Below the pieces are notes generated by a model, which was not told the DNA's origin, searched no databases, and worked only from the letters and a program-made list of their open reading frames with translations. A DNA stretch of 64,000 bases, from positions 666,178-730,177 of the forward strand of contig ML992509.1 in the NCBI GenBank assembly GCA_010093995.1. Reading direction: 5' to 3'. Every line of letters starts with the position of its first letter. Within the stretch, counting starts at the first letter, position 1. Of this stretch, positions 36,825 to 48,023 are shown one piece after another. Made by a program: the position numbers and the translations under genes. Source of the DNA: Elsinoe ampelina (Eukaryota).

Positions 36825-38748
36825 ATGCTCTCTCCAAACGTCCGAACACCAGTCGCGGTCCTGGCACTGGCAGCTGGTTTTGCTTTGGCACAGAATACCA
36901 CTGCTTCAGGTGCGGTCAGCTTTCCTCCAGTTCAAGGGGTATCGACAACATATACTACAACAACATATGACCAGTCTGCCACCTCCACCTACCTTCGACA
37001 GACAGACTTCTCGAACGAGAGGTTAGCCTTTCTCTGGGATCAAGTGGGACCTATCGCCACAGGTCCTATCACAACCACTGTGACACCAACGCCAGAGGCT
37101 ACTCCATATGCTGCGCCGGACCCAGAAAACTTTCACCCACTAGTCCCGCCATACATCCCTGCTCTCTCAAACTACACTCTGCCAAGGGACTTCATGTGGG
37201 GCCTCTCATCGTCCGCATATCAGGTCGAGGTGAGGTTCTTTGAGGTTCGAAATGTCCGTGCAGTACTAACATAACACAGGGTGCTGCAGATGCCGAAGGC
37301 AAGGGCCCATCCATCTGGGACCTGCTGACCCATCGAGTTCCTGGTCTGATCGCCGATAATACCACAGGTGATGTGGTTGCATCCCATTACTACCTGTACA
37401 AGCAGGACTTTGCTCGTCTCAAGGCACTTGGTATCCCTGCCTTTACTCCCAGCATCAGCTGGTCTCGTATCTTCCCGTTCGGCAAGGGTCCCATCAACGA
37501 AGCTGGAGTCGCACATTACGACGATGTGGTCCGCGAGCTTATTGCCAACGGCATCCAGATCTCCATGACACTTTTCCATTGGGATACTCCTCTCGCTCTA
37601 TTCAACGAGTACGGTGCCTGGAATGACAGGCAGATTGTCGATGACTACTTCAACTACGCCACGTTTATCATCCAGAGATATGACCAGTATGTTACCGAAT
37701 GGTTTACTATCAACGAGCCGCAGTACTGCAATTGGCAATTCTCCACATATCCTGCTGGCGAGTATTACCCTGCGTACAACAACATCACTGGTGGAGTCCA
37801 GTCAAGATTCCTTTGCGGTCACTACACCCTGCTCGCACATGCAAAGGTTGCCAAGTGGTACAAGAACGAATTTGGCGGACGACACAAGATCACCTTCAAG
37901 AACAGCGGTAATTACTTCGAGCCTAACACTACCTCCGCGGCCGATCTCGATGCTGCCCAGCGCCAGTATGACTACACCATTGGTTGGTTCAACAACCCAG
38001 TATGGAACGATGGCCAATACCCAGAGAACCTTCGAAACACCCTTGGTGACTTGCTGCCAAATTTTACCGCCGAGGAGAGCGAGCTTGTAAAGGGTAGCTG
38101 TGACTTCTTTGCCATTGACCCGTGAGTTGCCCGAACGTAAAGCTGCGTTCATTCACTGATCTCCATAGGTATACCTCATACTATGCCAGTGCCATCGAGG
38201 ACAAAGACGCATGTGTCTCCAACAGCTCGTACCCTGGCTACCCGGAATGTGCAGGCAGCTCCGCCATCACTCCCGCTGGCTTTTCCAGCGGTCCCGCATC
38301 CGACTCGGGCACGTCTTGGCTTACTAGCGCCCCTGCCGGTGTCCGTAAATACCTCAACAAGATCACTAAAGAATTGTTCCCTACCGTTCCTGAGATCGTC
38401 GTTACCGAATTCGGATTCTCCGAGCCGGGCGAAAGCTCGCTGAGCAATCTCGGATCCATTCAGTGGGATTTGCGCAGAGCGGACTACTACCAGGGTTATC
38501 TTGACAACATCCTAGCGGCACGAGTATATGACGGCGTCAATGTCAATGGTGCTTGGGGTTGGGCTATCTTTGACAACTTTGAGTGGTTCGTGGGCAACGA
38601 GGTTAGGTTTGGTCTGCAGTATGTCAACTACACGAGCTTGGAGAGGCATCCCAAGGCCAGTATGTTCCAGTACTTGAACTGGTTCAATACCAAGGGTCGA
38701 GGATTTGCTGGGGCTGCGAACAGTACTTTACTGAGGAGGTGGCTCTAG
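36825..38748 (+). CDS. Secreted glycoside hydrolase family 1 (beta-glucosidase-like); introns 37230-37279 and ~38122-38168
   Basis: Signal peptide; FMWGLSSSAYQVEG, TLFHWDTP, TINEP (acid/base), VTEFG (nucleophile), DNFEW. Confidence 0.92.
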
Positions 38749-39181
38749 ATGTAGATATTCGATTAGTATGGATGCTGCAATGCGCCGCTGTAGACCATGT
38801 CACAGAAACGAAAGCATGATGGTCGAGCAGACTCGGTCCAGAGCAACGACAAAATTTAAGCGTCCCACCTATTCGTCCTCGCACACTTATGGAACCGCAT
38901 ACCGGGTCCCATTCCACTGTAGACCTCGATCCTAGTGCTAATGTGTGCCAAAAATTCATCCTCGATGAATAATACTCAGAATGATGTTCAATATCATCGG
39001 CAGCTCAGCTCAGGAGTGACCCCTTTCCACGAAGTACAGCTGAACCCTAACCCTACCAACATCAGCTTCATCGAAGCTCCGCGGCCACGTTTCCAGCAAC
39101 GACAGCAGCCTTCTTCGAAAACACACTCATCTCTTCGACCTCTCCTCCTCGATTCCGTGGCGTACCAGCCAATTCGCAACA

Positions 39182-39887
39182 ATGGACAACCCCGACCCCG
39201 GCTCCCTCAGCTGGCGCCTCTCCTCGCACCCCATCACCCTCCTCTGCTTCCTCGGATTCCGCATCTGTACGTCTCCTCCTCCCTCACCCCCTCCTGCTCT
39301 CCCTCACCATCCCCCCTCCCTTCCGATCCCCTCCACCCCCCTACACATCCCCAACACCACCTCTCCCTCCTCCACACCCCTCCCTCCCTAACCCCCCCTT
39401 CCCAGCCAACATCCTCACCTACCTCCTCGGCCTCTTCTTCACAACAAACTACGTCCTCGTCTTCATCATCACCATCCTCCTCCTCGCCATGGACTTCTAC
39501 TACCTCAAAAACATCGCCGGCCGCCGCCTCGTCGGCCTCCGCTGGTGGAACGAAGTCAACGCCCAGTCCGGCGAGTCACACTGGGTGTTCGAGAGCGCCG
39601 AGGAGGGCTCCCGCGCCGTCAACAAGACGGACCATAGGTTTTTCTGGATAGCGCTGTATGCGTTGCCTGTCGCGTGGGTGGCGCTGGCGGTCGTCGCCAT
39701 CGTGAGGTTTAGGTTTATTTGGTTGAGTTTGGTGGTTATCGCCATGGTCTTGACGATTACGAATACGTTGGCGTTCAGCAGGTGTGATCGGTTTAGTCAG
39801 GCGAGTAGTATTGCTACGAGGGCGTTTAATACGGGGGGTTTGGCGGGGAGGCTGGGAGGGGCGATGGTGGGGAGGTTTTTCAGGTAG
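39182..39887 (+). CDS. TVP23: Golgi membrane protein Tvp23; one intron ~39267-39405
   Basis: [42 protein letters not shown]. Confidence 0.93.
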
Positions 39888-40185
39888 GACAAAAGGGGGA
39901 AGGGGGATTTGGAAGAGCAAGGCGAAAAAGGATCATGTATGTGGTGTCGTTATGTCATGGCTATGAACTGGCGCTGTGCGCTGTGCGCTGCTTTCTATTT
40001 CATAAAATGTGTCTTGCTGCGTACTGAGGGACATGAGCTGTGGTCAGACGCTACAGCTGTCCCTTCCAGCCGGCGAGGCAGTCCGTGGGATCGTGCATGC
40101 GTCCGCGTTCATCACTCGCTGCATTGAAGCTAAGAGTCTCGTAGTCAAGACCGAGATCGGCCGGTTAAGGGCAATGAGCATGTCT

Positions 40186-41516
40186 TCACGAAGCACCTAG
40201 CGCCTGAAGCGCAATCCTTAGCTCCTTCACAGCAGTATTGACATCCTCAAAGTTGAGAGCCGAGATGGCCCATTTTGCATGCTTCTGTGCTTGTGCCACC
40301 GATTCGTCGTCTGTACGTAACGGCCCTTGAGTAGCAGGTGGTTGATATGCTTGTGAGGGAGGGGCGGCTTGAGCAAGAGATTGTACCGGGGCAGCTGGAT
40401 GCGGTAAAGAAGCATGTTGTGGGACAGGCGCTGGAGGAGGACTGAAGACTTGGGGGGCTGGCGGCATTCGTGGCGGATTTTGCGAGTAGAAATCTTGCGG
40501 TGACTGTATTGGCTGAGAAGGCCCAGCCGGCGGCAGGTTGGACGGGGGGGCGGTCTGAGTGCTTGCAGGTCCAAGATCTGGTTCTGCAGTCGATATTGTG
40601 GGAGCGGAAGGTTGTGATGTGAAGGTTGGGACCTCTGGGAAATAGCCACCACCGACCGACCCATGCCTGCTATTCGATTCATCAGCAGGCTCGATTGGCG
40701 AAACGTCGGGCTCCGGCTTAAAGGGTTCCGCAGGTGGTGGCACAATTGCTGGTCCAGGCTGGGCAGATGCTGTACGTGATGGAAGCATACTATCGGGAGC
40801 GCTCTCCACCGAGGGTGCAATATATGGGCCGCCCGCAGATGGCGGCTGAGTTGCATCGATCTGCATCGTATCCCCAGGTGTGGCTAATCCAGGACTCACA
40901 GCCGGAGGTATATCATCTTTGGGATTTGAAGCATTTGGATCCTCACCTGCCTTGATAGCCTTCGCTATCCGGAGTGCATGGTACTTTGCGTACTTGATCT
41001 TTGATGCGGTCTCAGCGTCCAATGGGTGTGTCCAAATGCTCATGAGTTCCAGAAATGTGCTGGCTGCCTGAAAGGTATCGATAGTCTGTCTAGAATCCAT
41101 AAGCGACCGGGTGTTTCGGTCCCGAGCAAGTACTCACTTGGACGCCTTGTCGGTATGAATGGCGTTGTCAGCCTTTTGAAACGTCTCCAGGGCGAATTGC
41201 TCAATGTAGGCTTTGGCAGCAATGTCATCGACTATCGCGTCAACGGGGGGCGATTGGTTCTTGGCGGTCTCCAGCTTGTCCATAAGAGCCATTGTGAAGT
41301 CACGACACTCATCGTCGATAGCATGCAAGTTCTTTCCCAAAATTTGCTGCACGATCTGGTAATTACCTATGGGCCTCAGTGAACAGTCGTGAGGCTTAGT
41401 TTGAGCGACTTACACCAATATGAGACGATTGGTCGGAATTTTTCAAGCTGCGCTGCTCGATTCGCAAACGGCGATATGCTCGGTATTTTGAGCTTCGCCG
41501 GTAGTGATGCCGCCAT
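40186..41516 (-). CDS. VTA1: ESCRT/Vps4 cofactor Vta1 (2 introns)
   Basis: MAASLPAKLK..RAAQLEKFRPIVSYW, IKYAKYHALRI, Pro-rich linker, VSL domain AQKHAKWAISALNFEDV. Confidence 0.92.
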
Positions 41517-41774
41517 GATGTGTATGTGTAATTGTAGAACATGTCAAGGCAGCGGCTAAACTGGCTGGCCTTTGAGAGACCCACCAGATCCAATCTGATT
41601 GGTCACAGGCAAAACCTGGGGTAAGCTCGACTTTCTCGAAGCCGAAGTCCAATAGAAACATGCCTTGGTAGAGGACACATTGCCTTTTGTACCTCGATCC
41701 GAGAGTGTCAGCTCAATGCTATATACTTCAACTTCCATGTAAGAGACACTGTAGTCGTCTGCACTCCACCAACA

Positions 41775-43306
41775 ATGGTTCGTACCGCCTCTTCTCTTGT
41801 GGCCGCGGCTACTGTGCTGCTCCCACTGGCTGCAGCCGATGGTCTCTACACAAAGAACTCTCCTGTAATCCAGGTCGATGGTAAGAGGTATTACTCAGAG
41901 ATTGCCCAGTCGAATCATACTTCGGTAAGTCGACAGTATGTCTTCAATATAATCACTGTCTGACGAGACCAGATCGTAGAGTAAGTGGGCAACACTCTAA
42001 CCTCGATCCGAATTGTCTCTCACTCTTGACCAACAGATTCTATGCTCCATGGTGCGGGCACTGCAAGAACCTCAAGCCAGCATACGAAAAGGCAGCCAAA
42101 TCTCTTGCGGGTCTCGCCAAGGTTGCTGCTGTCAATTGCGATGAAGAGCTGAACAAGGGCTTCTGTGGAAGCATGGACGTCAAAGGCTTCCCCACTCTGA
42201 AGATTGTTAGACCAGGAAAGAAAGCTGGACGTCCTGTTGTGGAAGATTACCAAGGACCTCGCAACGCAAAAGGTATCGTGGAGGCTGTAAAGGACAAGAT
42301 CACGAACCATGTGACGCGCCTGACGGGAAAGAACCTGGACAAATGGCTAGAAACCGACAAGGACAAGCCTCGAGCTATCTTGTTCACGGAGAAGGGCACC
42401 ACCTCTGCACTACTCAAAGCACTGGCTATCGACTACCTGGGTGGCCTGCCAGTTGCCCAAGTGCGTGATAAGGAGACAGAGATCGCGGACAAGTACGGCG
42501 TGGACTCATTCCCCACCTTTTTGCTCCTACCAGCTGGAGATGGTGAACCTATCAAGTACGACGGAAAGCTCGAGAAGATCGCCATGTCCAAATTTCTATC
42601 CACGGTTGCCACGCCTAATCCGGACCCTGCGCCGAAGAAGGTCAAACCAAAATCGACAAAGTCTGCATCCGCCAAATCTGACAGCTCCAAATTGAGCAAA
42701 GCGTCGGCCTCTCACAAGTCGGAAGACAGCGCTTCATCACGAGCAACACAGACGTCTGAGACGATCATCAATGATCCCACCGAGTCGCCTGGTCCAATTC
42801 CTAGCCCTGATGCACAGAAGCCCATTCAGATAGAGATCCCGGTGCTACCAACACTAGCCACCGATGACGATGTGAAGCAAGCTGCTTTGACTTCAAAAGC
42901 CGGGACTAGTGTCCTGTTCTTCGCGCCAGAGGGTGATGTAGCTGCCGAGGAAGCAGCTCACGCCCTTGCCGGTCTCACTGATATTCATGGCAAGTTGTCG
43001 GCCAGAGGCAAGATATTCCCTTTCTACCATGTCCCGACCGCGAAGGATGTGCGTACAGCTCTGGGCTTAGGCGACGGTCTCGGCCTCGTTGCCGTGAATG
43101 GCAAGAAGGCGTGGGTCAAGAGATTCGAAGGCAGAGAATGGGATCGTGTGACTCTGGAGACGTGGATCGATGGACTTCGAATGGGTGAAGGTAGGAAAGA
43201 GAAGCTGGCTGAAGGTGTGATTAGTGAGGCGAAGCCTGTAGTGGAGGAATCGTCAGAAAAGGCGGAGGGTAAGAAAGATGATGTCCCGGAACACGGAGAG
43301 CTGTGA
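41775..43306 (+). CDS. MPD1: Protein disulfide isomerase, Mpd1-like; includes an 8-nt micro-exon at 41973-41980
   Basis: Signal peptide, IVEFYAPWCGHC after splicing, GFPTLK, C-terminal HGEL ER-retrieval variant. Confidence 0.9.
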
Positions 43307-43404
43307 GGCACGGAGTCAAATTATATTAGTATTAGCGACTTCGTAGCGTATTCATTGCCATGGATTACCTGGACTCATGAGCTGGGGAAGCATCTTGAAT
43401 ATCG

Positions 43405-43414
43405 GTCACGTGAC
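43405..43414. promoter_or_regulatory. GTCACGTGAC palindromic E-box (bHLH, Cbf1-type); GTCACGTG also at 2093, 24490, 36008 and 53016, all intergenic
   Basis: Exact motif read in the sequence. Function is inferred from known bHLH specificity. Confidence 0.45.
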
Positions 43415-43716
43415 ATGTACTCGACGTAATCAAAACCGGTAATCTACCGGCTGTGTACTTCTTTTCTTCTTGCAACACCCTACTACGCAAAATTTCCGCA
43501 CAGGAGATACGCATGCAACGAGCACGCTCTTTTGTAGATGAGACTACCTCATTTGATCCCGCGCAGGCACACGGCTGACCGCTTCGGCGTTGCTGACAAT
43601 GGCGCTAAAGATCGGGTCTACAGCCCGGCACCAACCTCGTACCGAACTGTCCATTCAGGATCTGACTGTCTTCCTATGAACACCCAAAGTCATACTGCCA
43701 GCGAGCATGGGACGCT

Positions 43717-46700
43717 ATGTCGAGGAACCTGATCGGATCGCCAATTCCCATTCGCGAAAGGGGAGATACGAACTTCAACAATGATTGCGACGTCAACTTT
43801 CAGGCAGGACAATACACTGCAAATGGCTCGGTCTATCATGGGACTGTCATCAGCAACTTGACTCTGTTCATACTGCGGCATCGCTCCCGTGAACTAGTCC
43901 TGATAGACCGTGTAGCAATTCACCGAGCCCGCAGAGCCCACTGATAGACCATCAAGCAGAGATCAGGACTGCTCGACGGCAACGCTATCTCGCGAGCCTA
44001 TCCTTTGGCCAACTGGGCACACGAGAGGCAAGCGTTCGTCATGCTCTGAAAGAAACCTGCGAATGGGTCGTCAGTCGCAACGAAGTGACAAAATGGCTGG
44101 AACCCGACGAGAACGAGCGTCAAAAGCTTCTTTGGATCAAAGGCAAACCCGGTACTGGCAAGTCTACCATCATCAAGTTCATGTGCAACCGGATCAAAAG
44201 GTTGCGGAACAATGCTATCGTCCTCAACTTCTTCTTCAACGCACGTGGGAGCAATTTCGAGAGGAGCACAGCTGGTACCTTCCGTGCACTGCTACACCAG
44301 CTTCTCTTGATCAGATCAGACCTACAGTCTATCTTTGACACTTGTAACGTTCACATTGACCAACAGGGCAATGCTGAATGGACGGTCGAGGTCTTGCAAT
44401 CCTTGCTCAGCGCAGCCATCGGCCAGCTCCGCAGCCAACAGATCATCATCTTCATCGATGCTCTCGACGAATGCTCCGAGGACGATATTCGAGACATGCT
44501 AGACTATTTTGAAGACGATCTGCAAGAGGCCATCGATTCTGAGTCTGTCAATTTATATTTGTGCTTAAGCAGTCGACATTATCCTCATATCGACATCAAT
44601 TATGGTCAGGAGCTGGTAGTTGAGGACCAATCGGAACACATGCAGGACATTGAGAAGTTCATCGACAACAAACTCAGGATTGGCAAGGATGCTCTGGCTG
44701 TTCGCATCAAAAGAGAATTGCTACGACGAAGTTCTGGTGTATTTATCTGGGTTGTGCTCGTAGTCAAAGCCTTGAAACGAGAATTCGATCACGGTAACAA
44801 GCACAAGCTCATGTCAGAGTTGCAACGGACACCACAAACCATTGACGAGCTACTACAAGACCTTCTGGGACGGGATACTGATGACCGACACCTTCTTGTG
44901 TCATGCGTTCAATGGGTGCTATTCGCCTACAAGCCACTGGAAGTTGGTCAACTCTATTTGGCTATCATCACCAGCACGGGCTCCCTGCCCGAAGATCTCG
45001 AAGGCGTCTCTGAAGAAGACATGGAACGCTATCTACTACACTGCTCGAGAGGACTGATCGAGCTTACACCGGGTGATGATGGTGTGATGCAATTCATACA
45101 CGAATCCGTGCGCGAAATCTTTCTTGCCGGTAATGACCTTACTCAATATGGGTTCGGAGGACCTACCACGTTCACTGGGCGCAGTCACGATCGAATCAAA
45201 GACAGCTGTGCTTTGTTCAATGCGCGGATTTCTCAGCTTCATCATCCCCCCCATGACCCTTCAGATGACAAAAATTACACTCTCGACATGTTCGGCCACT
45301 ACACTGTTGAGAACATCATCCTCCACAGCGAAGCAGCACAGCGTCATGGCTACAATCAGGTCCATTTCATCCGCAATTTCGATCTCCCAGGGTACACCCG
45401 TCTAATTCAGCACAAGAAGTGCTTTGTTCATCTGCCAAGTCGACCCACCCTCCCGCATGTGCTTGTGGTCAATTATGCTGTCAATTTGCTAGAGCTAATT
45501 GAAGCACAAGCGAGCGACATATGGAGTACGGAGATATGGGCCGAACTTGATGGACCTGTATCGATTGAGCAACTCACACTGAAATTCAACTTAACTTATT
45601 ATCACGACCTGCTTCAGCCCCTTGATCTCCATCGAGTAGTCATTGAAGAATACTCGCCGTCTGAATTCTTGACGCCATCTGTTGAGAACGCTCTCGAAGC
45701 TGCAGTCGCAATCGGCAATCGGGGAATGGTTCGTACTCTCCTCCTACGTATCTCCAAGACTGTTGCCGAGAATGTCTTAGGACCAAATCGTAATCTCGGG
45801 GATGAAGAGATCGATATCCTTGTCCAAACCATTTTCGATTTAGACTGGGTGACCGTTGACGCACGGAACAAGATATTAAGGTCTTTGGTAGGGACAAGTT
45901 CCGAAACTAGCACACCTTCAGCAGGCACATTGCAGAAGTGTGCAGTTTACTGTGGTCTCTGGTCACTGGTGTCGGTACTGGTTGAAGCCTCGGAAACCGT
46001 CCTAGATTGGGCATGGCAGTCTCCAGACAACGACAATTCAGATCACTTTTCGGGGACACCTCTATGTCGGGACTCGCTCTTACTTCGAGCTTGCAAGGCT
46101 GGTCAATGGCTACTTGCAAAGAAGATGCTCATGAGGCCAGATGCATCAGAGCACAAATTCCTCAGCAATATGACAATGGTCCCTTTGGCACTTTCGGAGA
46201 TTGGTAATGTGAACAGTCAGCCTGACGAGCGCAAGGCGGTCCTGAAGCTTCTATTCGAACGAACCAAGTTCTCCTACGAGACAAGTCTTACCAAGTTGCA
46301 ACTAGCACGACAATGTCTCTTGCATCGCGACGTAGAGGCTCTCGAGATTATCAATACAGCGATGGAGATCCCGGTGGAACAGCTCACCGTATATGAAAGA
46401 TTACAATATCTGTTGCTGACCGATCGCTGGAGTGAGGTAGACTACCAGAGTCTCAATGAACTCGGAATCAAAAAAGAACGAGGGATCATCTCCTCCACAA
46501 TAGTCTCACGGGCATCGGAGGAGGTGATCACCCATGTCTTGTCCAAAGTCTGTTTCGGCTACAAAGGAACTAGCCCCTTGAAGAACTTGGAACGTCGACA
46601 CTTTTCCTACTCTGAGGTGGCGTCCTTACGTAGGGCAATACTGGAGTATCACAAGCTGGAAGACCAGTTAGACAACAGCCAGCGCTCGTCCAACACATTC

Positions 46701-47252
46701 GGCTACCTGTGTATCGCCAGAGCTGCCATCCACACTAACGATCTCTCTGTCATTGAACTTCTCATCGACCAGAGCCTATTGGGTCCGCGATACGGCGAAA
46801 GCTACATGGAACTCAAGATCGCCAGAGCACTGTACCAGCCCCTTGTATCCTGCATTCGTCAGGATCGTACCACAACGCTACGAGCCTTCTTCCGTTCCAA
46901 GTACATTCATGGAGACATACGAACAGAATACACCACACAGTCCCTCGAATGGATCGCCCGGAAAGAAGCGAAAGGGCAGGGATCCCGCTCCATCATCGCA
47001 GACAACTATGATTTGTCCCGCGACACGCGAGATGACTTCAGACCGCAGTGGAACATGGCCAGGGACTTGCTCCTTCGCCAGCTGGAGAACATGCATATCA
47101 ATGTGAAAAGAGTCATGCGGGAGCGAGGCGGGCCGCAGCGGAGGTGGGCAATCTATGAACCTGCAGGATATGACGGGGCGGTATCGATTGGGGATGTCAA
47201 TAGAACGGCTTCGGGTAAAGGGACATCTGACTTTGTCGCAAGAGAGACCTAG
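43717..47252 (+). CDS. Fungal NLR-like NACHT protein with degenerate ankyrin-like C-terminus; putative short first exon 43717-43865, main exon from 43916
   Basis: LSF..RE..V..A..ETCEW pre-NACHT segment, Walker A GKPGTGKS, Walker B FIDALDE, SSRHYPHI, GVFIWV, QFIHESVRE; ankyrin-like ALEAAVAIGN and LLRACKAGQ. Confidence 0.85.
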
Positions 47253-47479
47253 ACGTACCCGGATTGAAGTCTGTCAAGATATGAGCATTTGGACGAGGTA
47301 GTACACCAGTGAATCGGTAAAGCATACAGCGAGTCACAAAAGCACGTGAGACTACCAGGGTGGCGGCCTAGCAGCGGTCGGTAACGTGGAATGCATTTCC
47401 CTGGTGCATCAAAGGACGATTCTGTCTAATGCCTGAATCTATTCAATGCAAGTAACCTCTCTATATCTACTTACCCTGC

Positions 47480-47541
47480 ACCTACCCAACCCAACACCTA
47501 CCCAACCCAATACCTACCCAACCCAATACCAACCCAACCCC
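47480..47541 (+). repeat. 16-bp minisatellite ACCTACCCAACCCAAY x3 plus a degenerate CCCAA tail
   Basis: Units start at 47480, 47496 and 47512. Confidence 0.85.
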
Positions 47542-48023
47542 ATGTCTGTAACCAACCGTACCCAAACCCTACTCCTGACCCGACCCAACTACCCGACCAA
47601 AACCTCAAGTCTGCACCCACCTAACTACAATAGTGAGATACATCCACCAAAAGCATAGACCCATCGTCCCTGCCTTTCCGGTCTCTACAATGGCTCAGCA
47701 GACGAAGCCACCGCCGCAAGCCACGCGGCGACAAACAAGCAGGCGCGACTACCATCGGGATTACGCACGTCAAATCGAGTCCAGAGGGCGAGGTCAGAGC
47801 CAGATGAACATGCACACCAACCACAATTCACACGGCCCAGCACACTCTCCGTTTGAGAAAGAATAAGAGTCTGGGTATATTTCATCTCTGTCATATGCAA
47901 CCTATGTACAGTTTCCCATCACTCGTCGCCCCGGTTCTCCTTGTCCCGTGATCCCAACTTTTGTTCCCAACCGGCCCCGCCCGCCCCGCCCCCATCCCCT
48001 GCTCCCATCACCCTCCCTCCTCA

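Noticed and set aside
47480..47600. Interstitial telomere
   Set aside because: The unit is not a TTAGGG array.
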